From Mitosporidium daphniae (lineage: Eukaryota), in NCBI RefSeq assembly GCF_000760515.2, contig NW_013546467.1:1-43940 (forward strand): DNA of 43,940 nucleotides. Direction: 5' to 3'. The translations under genes were made by a program, and so were the position numbers. The notes under the pieces were generated by a model, which worked only from the letters and a program-made list of their open reading frames with translations, was not told where the DNA came from and made no database searches. Shown in pieces: positions 1 to 10,495 of this stretch; positions within the stretch are counted from its first letter, which is position 1; each line of letters starts with the position of its first letter.

Positions 1-759
1 GAATTTCTGTGTAACTATACGGCTGCAGTTAAAGTTGCTCCGAATCTGGATGAAATCTTCGAGATCCATAACCCGAGATATGTGATTTATTGAATGGTTT
101 TCGCATCTTGTTTCCCTCTCGTATATGATGGCGGGGTTTATTAAAATAAGATCACACAAGAAAATATCTTTGTTTCAATCTTATTTTTGGATAAAGGGTC
201 TATATAATTGGCATATGGTCAGTAATATTACTTTGATTTGCAATCCAAAAGCTATGCCTCAGTTCTGGCTCCCCGTGATAGTCTTATTTGGGGAGAGTTA
301 ATTGAGAGAACATCAACCTCTGTTTCTATGATATTTCAAATATATCTTGATTCGATCTGGCTAAGGAATTCTTTTGAAGCGAAAAAAATACTGCAAAGAG
401 CCCTCAGTTTAAAACTTGCATAAGGTTGTTTATAACGTTAAGAATTGACGCTTTTTTAAAGCATTTCATTTCCATGCTACATCAGAAATGAAAAGAATCA
501 ACACCGATGGTGTTTTAGCAGATCATCAAAAGATTTTCAATTCACTGTCGGATTTCAAATTGGACATCCAAAGATGGACAGTTTTATATGGGCCTGGAGA
601 CTCTTTTGAACAAAAGATCCCAATTATTTGCAAAAAATTGTACATAAGCAATGTAGAATGAAAAAGTCTTTATTTAACATTTTAGTGCCCCTAAATTGGG
701 GGCCGTCAATGAACAAGTGATGAGAAAAAGAAAGCTTTTGCTGGAATAGCAGGAGCCGG

Positions 760-1068
760 TCAATTTTTCAACAAATTGGAAAAAGAGGAAATAAATTCAG
801 AGGATTTTAAAGGATCTGGTCTGACAAAGTTCCGCCTCAATTCTTGAGCGGAACGATTTTTACGAGTAACGACCGCCAAAGAAAGAGGCACTTGTTCTTT
901 TCTTGCAGACACTTTTTTCTTGGAAATTCTATCGGCCCTTTTACTGGGGATAGCACACTCTTTTGCATTTTGTTCATATATTAAGGAGGCGTCATTGGTT
1001 ACAGAAATCAGTGATTCAAGGGCACTTCCTTTTGAAAATGGGCACCGTTGCTTTCTGGACTTTCGCAT
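760..1068 (-). CDS. Hypothetical small basic protein (102 aa, 23 K/R)
   Basis: ATG at 1068 directly follows an AT-rich tract like those before other starts in the window. Minus-strand AATAAA near 669-674. No family recognised. Confidence 0.4.
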   Translation of the reverse strand: MRKSRKQRCPFSKGSALESLISVTNDASLIYEQNAKECAIPSKRADRISKKKVSARKEQVPLSLAVVTRKNRSAQELRRNFVRPDPLKSSEFISSFSNLLKN

Positions 1069-1299
1069 AATAAAATAATTAATTAAAATTAAACAAATGG
1101 ACTGGCATCTTGAAACCATCAAAGCTAATCACAAAGTCGATGGGCAGTAAATCCCATCAGGCACGCTCAAAACAGAAAATCCCAACACGCACCATCTGAA
1201 AGATTAAACCATAAAATAAAATGACCCCCCTAAAGCCAAACGTTGCATGTGTTGTTACATATTTATGGAGTCATAGTCTATGGCATATTGTTGTAAGAT

Positions 1300-1312
1300 G
1301 GCTTTAAAAGCC
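1300..1312 (-). terminator. Histone 3'-UTR stem-loop-like element
   Basis: Minus strand reads CCAAAC-GGCTT-TTA-AAGCC-ATC, about 33 nt after the H2B stop. It resembles the SLBP-bound histone stem-loop but is 13 nt rather than 16 nt. Confidence 0.55.
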
Positions 1313-1345
1313 GTTTGGATGTGTTGAGCACGTGCCATTGATCAG

Positions 1346-1723
1346 TTATTTCTGGCCTGTGTATTTTGAGACCGATTTGGTGGCCTCAGAAACAGCGTGC
1401 TTTGAAAGCTCGCCTGGAAGAATCAGACGAACTGCAGTTTGAACCTCTCTGGAGGTTATAGTGGATCGCTTGTTGTAAGCAGAGAGCTTGGAAGCCTCGG
1501 CAGCAATGCGCTCAAAGATATCATTTACAAAGGAATTCATAATCGACATGGCCTTTTTGGAAATGTTGACATCGGGGTGACACTGGCGCAAGACCTTGAG
1601 GATATAGGTGGAGTAAGTTTCATGACGAGACTTTTTGCGCTTCAAATCTGAGGTGGCATCAGACTTCTTAATAGCTGCCTTGGCGGGGGCCTTACCGGCG
1701 GGTTTCTTTTCAGCTTTATTCAT
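1346..1723 (-). CDS. HTB: Histone H2B
   Basis: [17 protein letters not shown]...[25 protein letters not shown]...[26 protein letters not shown] is the H2B histone fold. First in-frame ATG ([11 protein letters not shown]) at 1723. Confidence 0.97.
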   Translation of the reverse strand: MNKAEKKPAGKAPAKAAIKKSDATSDLKRKKSRHETYSTYILKVLRQCHPDVNISKKAMSIMNSFVNDIFERIAAEASKLSAYNKRSTITSREVQTAVRLILPGELSKHAVSEATKSVSKYTGQK

Positions 1724-1903
1724 TTGGGAAAGTTGGTTTGATAATGGTGTCGAAAAACTCGATGTCAAAGTTGTCGATTTTCGCTTTATAACCACTTGGA
1801 ATGGCGCGCTTTTAAAAAATTGACGCGCCTTTTCTTGCGGATTCCAATCTTCAATTTTCCCGCCCTCCACACTTTAAGTTTAATTTTAACATTTATGTGG
1901 TTT

Positions 1904-2500
1904 CTATGGACTGGAGCCTTGGTTGCGCTTCTTCTTTTCCCTTTTGAGCCAAAGTTTTAATACTCTTCTGGAAAAGCTTTTGGTGTGTAGCTTCTTTATA
2001 GAGGAAGAGTCCAAATTTGTCGTGTCAAGCCAGACTCGTCTTCTCTGGTCCCTTTCAGGCCAAGATTTGTGGATTTTGGCTACATCCATTTCGAAACACC
2101 AAAATTTAGTGTCGCCGCCGTGTTCACTTGGCTCCAAGATGGCTGTGGAGCAAATTCCGGTCACTCCCGCCTCTTCCCATGTTTCGCGTAAAGCGCCTGC
2201 AATGGCATCTTCTCGCTTGTGTAGACCGCCTTTGGGAAATATTAGTTTGGTTGGATCTGATCTTGCAGTTACCATTAGAAGAAGCGGCGAGAATGTCATT
2301 AAATCGGTGCTTTCAGATCCTGTTTCATGATCGGCTTCGTTTTCAATGGAAAGCTCTTCCCACTCCGTGAGCTTCATTGCCAGCTGGGCTTGCGAGGTAG
2401 CGGCGTCGATCACTATGGATTCACTGTTTTTTATGACTGATATCAATTTTGGATTTCTTATCACCGGAATCGATCCAACGACTCTTTTGTGTTTTCCCAT
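1904..2500 (-). CDS. Nudix hydrolase, DIPP/Ddp1/Aps1-like
   Basis: Nudix box PKGGLHKREDAIAGALRETWEEAG. N-terminal RVVGSIP and C-terminal WPE..RRRVW are typical of diphosphoinositol-polyphosphate hydrolases. Confidence 0.8.
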   Translation of the reverse strand: MGKHKRVVGSIPVIRNPKLISVIKNSESIVIDAATSQAQLAMKLTEWEELSIENEADHETGSESTDLMTFSPLLLMVTARSDPTKLIFPKGGLHKREDAIAGALRETWEEAGVTGICSTAILEPSEHGGDTKFWCFEMDVAKIHKSWPERDQRRRVWLDTTNLDSSSIKKLHTKSFSRRVLKLWLKREKKKRNQGSSP

Positions 2501-2597
2501 TGAAAACAAAACTTCTTAATCATGTTGGTATGTCGGTTGTTAAGTTGAAGTTGAACTTTAACTTTAAAACGCTAAAATTTAAATCTTAATCATTTTT

Positions 2598-3155
2598 ATG
2601 GGCACTAGTAATTCCCTCCGCCAAAATAATACACAGACCCTTTCAACAGAGCCCCAGGGCCCGCAAAACACGGTCTTGGGGTTCAATAGTGGCGAGGAAG
2701 TCGGCTTACAAATAAAGGGCGACGACGAAGCAGAGTCAATGCTTCTGAAAGCGCGCAGAAAAAGGAAAAAAAAACAACCCCAGCGAAAGATTACCTCTGT
2801 GTATATCACAGGTCTTCCGCAAGACGTAACGCTTGATGAATTAAACGAGCATTTCAAGCCTTGCGGAATAATATTACCTGATTTGGAGACAAACCTGCCG
2901 AAGATCAAAATTTACGAAGGCCTTGATGGCCGGCCAAAGGGAGATGCTCTTGTTATATATTTGAAGGAGGAGTCTGTTCACCTTGCAGAAACGTTATTAG
3001 ATGAATCTATGCTTAGACCTGGGGTGAAGATCAGAGTGCAAAAGGCGACATTTGCAGGGAAAGAAACTCCCGAAGACTCTGGGACCAATACAGATTTGGA
3101 TTTCCAAACAAAACGGAAACTTAGGAGTATCCACAAAAAGCTCGAATGGTATTAA
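2598..3155 (+). CDS. CUS2: Tat-SF1/Cus2/Uap2-like U2 snRNP-associated RRM protein (RRM1 only)
   Basis: SVYITGLPQDVT..E..EHF..CGII..D..T..PKIKIY....G.PKGDALVIYLKEESV.LA..LLDES.LR...IRVQKATF matches HTATSF1 RRM1. Ends at KKLEW, before the usual UHM. Confidence 0.85.
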   Translation: MGTSNSLRQNNTQTLSTEPQGPQNTVLGFNSGEEVGLQIKGDDEAESMLLKARRKRKKKQPQRKITSVYITGLPQDVTLDELNEHFKPCGIILPDLETNLPKIKIYEGLDGRPKGDALVIYLKEESVHLAETLLDESMLRPGVKIRVQKATFAGKETPEDSGTNTDLDFQTKRKLRSIHKKLEWY

Positions 3156-3240
3156 ATTGTTGCCAAAAAGGCTCCATTCAAGTAAATTTAAATTTAATTA
3201 AAATTTCATTTATTAAAATTTCTTCTTGCACTGGTTCATA

Positions 3241-6112
3241 ATGTTGCTATTTTCGTTTTCATCATTTCGACACGTCTCAAAGGCGATCTTGTGCTGCGTG
3301 ATACTATTGCAATTGACCAATCTAAGTCATTGCAATGTCATCGCCATCAATATAGGATCATCTGTTAAAGTTGCGCTTTTTGATAAGACATCAAGAACTT
3401 TTGATGTCATTCTGAATCAGGAGTCTGCTCGAAAGACACCCTTTTGTGTTGCCGTTTCTAACTCAGGAAAAGAGCTCCAATTTGGATCTTCTGCAAAAGC
3501 ATCGGTAATTTGGGTGCACTTTGTTTATTTTAGGCATCAAAAAAGGACATGTCTGTTTTTTGTGATTTCCAAATACTCTTGGGATGCTCATTGGATGAAG
3601 AGCGTGAGCAAGTGGAGTTTTTTAAAAACCTGAATCCTCGAACTGTTTTTGAAAAAAACAAAGGCCATGAAGCCGGCATTTCTTTTGTAATGAAGAATGA
3701 CAAAATACCTTCATTTCCTGTCGAAGAGCTCACGGCACTGTTTTTTGCCCACATCAAGGGCCTAGCTAATGCGACAGATTGTATCATTGCGGTAGGTTTA
3801 GGGATGAAATTTTAAATTCTAGGTCCCTCCCCACTTTTCCCTTGCGGCGCGTCAGGCCGTGTTGGACGCGGCCGAGCTTGCTGGCCTTAATGTGATAGAA
3901 ATCATCCACGACATTACTGCCGCTGCTCTTCAATATTCGCTTACCGTTCCTTTTGATGTCTCGTCCCTTGTTCCTGGCGCAGCGATGCTGGAGAATCAAG
4001 TTTTGTTTATGGATTTTGGCCATACACACACAAGTGTCTCGTTGATTTTATATCAAAGAAATGGAGCCCCATCCACAAAAGGAGCTTCTCGGATCACCCT
4101 TTTGAAGACCAAATCACACTTTGGCATTGGAGGTGCCTCGATTGATTTGGCGATAAGGGATTTTTTCTATGATAATTTTTGCAAGCAAAACGCGCTTAAT
4201 CTTATCTTTGAGGAGGGGAATGTCGAATTGGTTAGAATCCGCAATATTTTGCTTGAAGAAGCCTCTTTGGCCAAGTTTAAACTGACAGCAGCGAATTCTG
4301 TCGTTATCTTTATCGATTCGCTATATGAAGGCCGATCTTTTCGATTTAACTTCACAAAGTCTGATCTTGAGGCCATTACAAAGGATTCCTTGGTACCCAG
4401 ATTCATGAAGCCCCTGGAACAGCTGCTTAACGAACTAGGATATAAGCCTGCAGCGAAAGAGAATGATGACGCTCGTTCTTTTTCCACTGCTAGCTTTTCA
4501 ACTTTGATGCTTATTGGTGGCACAAGCCGTGTACCTTTCATCCAAGAGACGCTAAAGACGACGTTGGAGTCATATTTTGGAAAGGACAAAGTTAAGCTTG
4601 GCTATTCCGTAAATTCTGACGAGGGTCCAGTGCTTGGTGCCGCATTGAAGGCTCTACTTTCCGATATCAAATTCAATGTGAATACCATCAAGCTGTTTGA
4701 GCGACCAACACTTGATACCTCTGTCGTGCGTATTGATAGCAGCGATCAAGAGCCTATCCTCTTGTGGGGAGAAGCATCCAACACACAAACTAGTTCAAAT
4801 CAACTCACCAAAAAGCTTCTGATATACAAAAACGAGTCTTTCTCGCTGGGATTGCTTACAGGCTCTACTCCAAGAAAACCTTGGGCCACCATCAATGTGC
4901 TCAATGTTTCTGAAAGTTTTAATATGCTTTTGCAGACTCCGCTCAAAGATGGTCAAATTTTTGTTGGAAATCCCCTTGCTTCTATAAGCTTTTCGCTTCC
5001 ACTCGCAGGTGCCCGCAACGGAATGGTTCAAATTGCCTCGTGCAATGCTATTCAGAAGACCAATTCAACCGTTTCCGCCAACTCTACGACATCAACAGCC
5101 ACATCTTCGTCGGATCCAAAAAAGACCTCTGCCACGGACACATCGATTTCTGTCCCTCTTTCTTTTGAACTCTTATTTGCTCGACCTCCATTATCAGAAT
5201 TTATAAAGAAAGAAATTTCCGATCGCATGCTTGCATTCGATACTTTTTCCCTTCTTAAGCGTGCTCACAACAGCGCTCGCAACACGCTCGAATCCAATAT
5301 TTTTGCACTGCGACCTCTATTGAGAGAATGGAAAGAAGCAGGGTCTCCCAACCCAGGGGAATACTTTCCAGTGGATGGTAAATTTTTTCTTTAAACCTTT
5401 AGGTTTTCTTGCATATTCTGCACCCGAGTCATTGTCCCATTTGAAAGATTTGCTTGAAGAACTTTATGAAAAGCTCGATTATGGATATGAAGTTGATGAA
5501 TCCCAACACGAATCGATCGAGAATGTCATGAATGTTCAAATCAAAGCGTTCAATGTCGACAGTGCTCGAATTGAATCTTTTTTAGCAGATGGAAAAGCCG
5601 CCTTTTCCGAATACTTGAAGAAAAAAGAGGAAGAAGAGCGTGCCATTCGTGAAAAGCTTGCGGCAGAAGCTGCTGCTCGCGAGGCTGAAGAGAAGAAAAA
5701 GCGAGAGGAAGCGGCTGCGGAGCTTTTAAAAAACCTAAAAGAGCAGCTCGAGAAGATGAATTCTTCGGCTAGGAATTCAGGAGCCCAAACCCCAACTGAT
5801 GATGCCCTTCCATTTGATTTATCTGATTTTCATGGCATGATCCCTGAAAATGATCTTGGACATCCACAAAAAAATGATTCAAATGCCGAGTCAGTTACGG
5901 AAGAGGCTCCACTGTATGAGGCCCCTTCGATGGAAGAGGCTCCGCTGTACGAGGCCCCTTCGATGCAAGAACCTCCACTGTACGAGGCCCCTTCGATGGA
6001 AGAGGCTCCGCTGTACGAGGCCCCTTCAATGCAAGAACCTTCACTATACGAGACCCCTTCTTCGGAAACACATGAGGATGCCACTGGCCAGCCTATGCAC
6101 GACGAAATGTAG
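3241..6112 (+). CDS. ER-lumenal Hsp70-superfamily chaperone (Lhs1/Grp170/HYOU1-like), 4 exons
   Basis: Signal peptide; ILNQESARKTP, VPPHFS...RQAVLDAAELAGL, TAAALQY, LIGGTSRVPFIQ, N.DE..VLGAA, ARNTLES; C-terminal HDEM. Introns 3505-3533, 3792-3822 and 5378-5402 join the ORF-track fragments in frame. Confidence 0.85.
5900..6064 (+). repeat. 33-nt coding tandem repeat x5 (E/Q-E-A/P-P-L-Y-E-A-P-S-M)
   Basis: Unit GAAGAGGCTCCACTGTATGAGGCCCCTTCGATG starts at 5900, 5933, 5966, 5999 and 6032, in variant order A-A-B-A-B. Confidence 0.95.
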
Positions 6113-6250
6113 GCATAATAAAGTTCACGTGCGAGCTTTGCAGTTCAATAGAGAGGATTCACTTTTGTGTTTTCCCAGGTACTTTTAACAAGTCAAACAA
6201 GTAAGAAGATGGAACCAGACCATATTTATTGATGGGCAAAATTATGAAAA

Positions 6251-7645
6251 CTAGACAAAGTTCCAACCTTTGCAGTCAAAGCAATCGGACTGAACACGAC
6301 AGGGAGGGGGCGAATGGCCTGCCATGATGATATTTTGAATCAAATATTTCAATTTGTGCTTCTGGAGGTCAAATGGCAAGCCCGAGCCAATGTCGTATTC
6401 GCAGACCTGGCCAAGATGGCATTTAGTCTCCATGGCATATCCTGCAATATAACAAAGCGACCAGATGCCGGTGCATTTTCCATACGGAATTGGGTCGGCT
6501 GTATTATAGATGTGGAAGATGGGAAGACTCTGCATCAATTTATCAAGCATTTCAGTGTTATTTTTTCTTCGCTCGGGAAGGAGGCCAAGGCGCTCTGCAA
6601 AGAGGCGCTCTCCAGGCGCAGAAAATGCCACAGCAGCCGTACCCGGGTATGTAATTGCCAGAAGAGAGGCTAGAGATCCGCCCAACGAGTGCCCAGTCAA
6701 CCAAATCGTGGCATTGGGATAGTCTTTTTTTAGTTGCTCATAAATTTTAATTGCCTGGTAGTAGTAGACGGGATAAATATTGGTGACTTCTAAGGTCCTA
6801 GTTCTGTTTTCATTCAAACTATCGCTCAGAAGGGTTATATTCTTTTTGAATGGAAACGATCTTGTCTTTCTGGAATATTCGACCAGACACTCCTGCTTGC
6901 AAGTGGAATTATTTTGGAAGCAAGGACAGACGGTATCCCATGAGAAATCGACGCGTGCACAGCAACAAGAAAACATCAAGTTGTCGTTAAATTTATCTGC
7001 CCCGGCAGTGTGGCCAGAGCGATCAAAGATCATTGTAGAGGTGCCTTTTATGGCCATGATGACTAGCGTTTTTTCTGGGTTTGTATATACATAGCCACGA
7101 ATTGCAGATTCGTCCCATCCGAATCCATCCTCCTTGAGAAAGGGGTCAACGGAATACCAGCTGGCGGAAGAAAGTTCTGGATCTTCAACATATGCATTTG
7201 CAGATATTTTTGCTAAAGAAAGAACGGTATCGTAATTGTCGACGGCGGGTATATCAATAACCGAGTTATCCAAGCTACGATGGGTCTTCACTTTGACGGT
7301 GATTTTTCCTAAATCGAAATCTGAAATTCCTTCTACTTCGGACGACTCTTGGTCCTCCATTTCTTCATCCACAATGTCAATAATAGATTGAAGCGGCTCG
7401 GCCGAAAAAGCAGCCGGATCTTCTGTGGGTGTTAACAGTACTTTGGTGTTAAGTACCGAGGATTGGAGCTGTGTGATAACTTGGGGACTCAAAGTCCCAG
7501 AATTAAATCCATATGCACGTGAGAGGCAAAGATTACTGCTAAAAGAATCTTTTTTAGGGTCTACCTGAAGCAAATTGACATCTAGTCCTGATTGGAAGAA
7601 GCTGGTGATAAAAAAAGATATCCATAGGAAAAAGGACACCAACAT
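6251..7645 (-). CDS. ATG15: Autophagy lipase Atg15-like
   Basis: N-terminal hydrophobic anchor, FGWD..AIRGYV, AIKGTS, DKFNDNLMFSCCCA, lipase motif TGHSLGG, GYAMETKCHLG. Confidence 0.9.
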   Translation of the reverse strand: MLVSFFLWISFFITSFFQSGLDVNLLQVDPKKDSFSSNLCLSRAYGFNSGTLSPQVITQLQSSVLNTKVLLTPTEDPAAFSAEPLQSIIDIVDEEMEDQESSEVEGISDFDLGKITVKVKTHRSLDNSVIDIPAVDNYDTVLSLAKISANAYVEDPELSSASWYSVDPFLKEDGFGWDESAIRGYVYTNPEKTLVIMAIKGTSTMIFDRSGHTAGADKFNDNLMFSCCCARVDFSWDTVCPCFQNNSTCKQECLVEYSRKTRSFPFKKNITLLSDSLNENRTRTLEVTNIYPVYYYQAIKIYEQLKKDYPNATIWLTGHSLGGSLASLLAITYPGTAAVAFSAPGERLFAERLGLLPERRKNNTEMLDKLMQSLPIFHIYNTADPIPYGKCTGIWSLCYIAGYAMETKCHLGQVCEYDIGSGLPFDLQKHKLKYLIQNIIMAGHSPPPCRVQSDCFDCKGWNFV

Positions 7646-8661
7646 TGAATGATAAATAAAGTTGAGCTACATCACATTATGGCAAGAGTGCTGATTTAAT
7701 TTAATGTCATTCAAAAGTGATTGGATCAATAGTAGTTATCCTTCGATCTCTAAAATCAGTGAGCTGACAAATGTATTTTGTGTAAATTTGACAACCGATT
7801 GAACCCTACACTTGATTTTCGGTTTTGCCTGCAGCTTTAAAAAGCAACCCACACGGACCGAATGTGCCATAGATCACCCCTGCCTTTAAACAAGCAATGA
7901 TGCGATTATTTTTAAAATCATGGAGTGCATACAACGTATCTGAACGGAAAATTCGATTGCACCTGATGTTATTTTGACGAATTTGTTTTGTATGCGAAAA
8001 TTGCATCTTTTTTCTGGTCTTTTCGGAGCCAACGATTGAGGAACAACCGGACCATCTGCTCAAAAAAATGTCTTCAAGAAGCATGTTTTTAGTGCCGAAA
8101 ATTGCGGCAAGATCGATTGTAGCATCATGATACTCAAAAGTGCTGAATAGTGTATACACGATGTTATCCACCCACAGAGTTTAGCAATATACAAGGAACC
8201 CACTACCTGTATGGGGCTTTACTGAGATATTTTCGGGCATAGCCATTGACACTGCCCCTTCCTTAGCACGAAGGTACTGATATTATGGAAACGGGATTAT
8301 TTGAACTCCTAACAAGACATCAGGTTTGTATTATGCATTGCATAAAAGAATTAAGGCAACAGATGTGTTATCGGGTACCCTCCTCCCTCTTGATAAGTCA
8401 GGGTTTGCATTAAAATAGCCCCCTTGTGCCAGAAAAATCCAACACTTGTAGAGGGGCGGCAGGCGCATCAAATGGCCCCAATAAATTGTTATGCAATCTA
8501 ATTCGGGTGTCCATCGACACGCTTTACAAAGCAAAAGGACAAGGTTACTGTGTGTAAACATGCTGGCCATCGATTATGTCTATCGTGGCTCAAGCAAAAA
8601 GAAAATCGGCCTAAACGAAAAGCTGGCAGTGTTAAGTTAATATATTTTGTCTAAAGATTTT

Positions 8662-9318
8662 CTAACTGCCGTCGGGATTGGGGTTTGGCTGCATCTGAGG
8701 TGAAGAGCCGAGTCCGGCATCAGGTGCAAGTGCAGGTACATTTAAAGTGGGGGCAATTTTTGTGCTTGTGTGTGAATTGGTTGCAACGGGAAATGGCTCT
8801 TGAGATAGAGATTTTTGCACATTATTCGGTGAGTGCGACGAGGTGGATGTGGTTCCCCTAACCAAGACAGAAATGACTATCCCAATCGCAATCATTGACA
8901 ACAGGGCAATTGCAATGTTCATTCTAATGTTTCGCCACCACAGGCGTCTTTCTGTCCTTTGAGTATGCACACGAAATCGGTATGCCTGTGCTTGAAGTTG
9001 CTCCATTTTCTCGGATAGCCTGGTAACAGAGTCACCACGTTCAAGCATCGTGGTAATGTTAGCCCGCATCAAGGCAGCAACTTGGTCAGCCTCCGACGCG
9101 ACCATTTGAGGTGTAATTGAGTTTGCCTTGGGGGCCGAGGTTTTGGAAACCAAAGGCCCTTCTGAGGTTTGGGAGAAATTTGGGGATCCCTTGAGAATGG
9201 TCCCAATCGGAAGGCGAGATGTAGGCGGTGGCTCTGGCGAATTTTCTTTGATTACGGACATTGAAACGGCAAACGATTCTTCCGCAAATGGCTGTCTGCC
9301 TTGTTTATTTAAAAGCAT
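8662..9318 (-). CDS. Synaptobrevin/VAMP-family R-SNARE with C-terminal extension
   Basis: DQVAALMRANITTMLERGDSVTRLSEKMEQLQAQAYRF...RRLWWRN followed by a TM helix. Start uncertain (9318 or 9261). Confidence 0.85.
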   Translation of the reverse strand: MLLNKQGRQPFAEESFAVSMSVIKENSPEPPPTSRLPIGTILKGSPNFSQTSEGPLVSKTSAPKANSITPQMVASEADQVAALMRANITTMLERGDSVTRLSEKMEQLQAQAYRFRVHTQRTERRLWWRNIRMNIAIALLSMIAIGIVISVLVRGTTSTSSHSPNNVQKSLSQEPFPVATNSHTSTKIAPTLNVPALAPDAGLGSSPQMQPNPNPDGS

Positions 9319-9631
9319 CTATGGTAGTATAAGGAAGCTTCCAAATCAGCTAAATCAGATAAATTTTAAATTTATCAAATTTGAAACCAAGTGAAATCCA
9401 TATGCAAGGAACGGGTTTAATTGGCTGATCGGACATACTCGCTGATCAGCTGCCATTTGCGCATTTGAAGGGCTGATGCTCTCCCAGATGCTTGATGCAT
9501 GTAATGCATCAAACTTTGCCTTTAGGTCTTTTGGACAAAAAAGTGCATTTCAAAAGTTAGCATCCTGGCAACGCGGGACTTTAAACTTTGTAACAGCTAT
9601 CGTTTAAATTGAGCTTTAAATTTTTAATTTT

Positions 9632-10495
9632 ATGATTAGAAGAGAAGCTCGCCTTCGTAGAGAATACCTGTATCGCAAGTCGCTGGAAGAGCGGGAGCGC
9701 CAGCTTTATGAAAAAAGACAGGCCGTAAAACAAGCCTTGGATGAAGGCAAGCCAATCCCTCGTGAACTCCGCGAAGAAGCTACCGAGCTAGGCAAATCTG
9801 TCATCTTTGACCCATCTTATTCGATGCCTGTTAACCATGTTGACGATGAATATGCAAATGCAACCCTTGTCGATCCCAAGATAGTAATCACTACATCTAG
9901 AGACCCTTCGAGCAGACTATTGCAGTTTACAAAGGAAATGAAGCTCTTGTTTCCAAATTCCCAGAGAATCAACCGCGGAGCCATGGTGATTCCTCAATTG
10001 GTAGAGAGCTGTAAAAGCTCTGGGGTCACCGACTTGATATGCATCCATGAGCATAGAGGCATTCCAGATGGTCTGATCGTTAGTCATTTTCCACACGGCC
10101 CAACGGTCTATTTTTCTCTTTTCAATGTGGTCCTTCGACATGACATTCCAGAATGCTCTGGCACAACGGTGTCCGAAGCAGCCCCTCATCTCATTTTCGA
10201 AAAGTTTACCACTTCCCTTGGAAATAGAGTTGTCTCCGTTCTGAAGCATTTGTTCCCCATTCCAAAATCAGATTCTCGAAGGGTAATGACCTTTGTAAAT
10301 AACTCTGATTTCATATCCTTCCGACACCACAATTATAAGAAAGAGGGTTCTAAGGTGGCCCTTTCAGAAATCGGCCCTATATTTGAAATGAGGCTTTACG
10401 AAATCAAGCTCGGGACTGTTGATATTAGCGAGGCCGACACAGAATGGGTCCTCAGGCCATACCAAAATACCTCGCACAAAAGAGATGTCCTTTAA
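9632..10495 (+). CDS. IMP4: U3 snoRNP Brix-domain protein Imp4
   Basis: MIRREARLRREYLYRKS, DPKIVITTSRDPSSRL, HEHRGIPDGL, EIGPIFEMRLYEI. Intronless. Confidence 0.97.
   Translation: MIRREARLRREYLYRKSLEERERQLYEKRQAVKQALDEGKPIPRELREEATELGKSVIFDPSYSMPVNHVDDEYANATLVDPKIVITTSRDPSSRLLQFTKEMKLLFPNSQRINRGAMVIPQLVESCKSSGVTDLICIHEHRGIPDGLIVSHFPHGPTVYFSLFNVVLRHDIPECSGTTVSEAAPHLIFEKFTTSLGNRVVSVLKHLFPIPKSDSRRVMTFVNNSDFISFRHHNYKKEGSKVALSEIGPIFEMRLYEIKLGTVDISEADTEWVLRPYQNTSHKRDVL

Noticed and set aside
1..661. Short plus-strand frames, possibly a spliced or decayed gene end
   Set aside because: No consistent micro-intron model or recognisable protein could be built.
1724..1870. ORF-track N-terminal extension of H2B
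   Set aside because: Begins at a non-ATG codon and spans promoter motifs; the ATG at 1723 gives a normal H2B.
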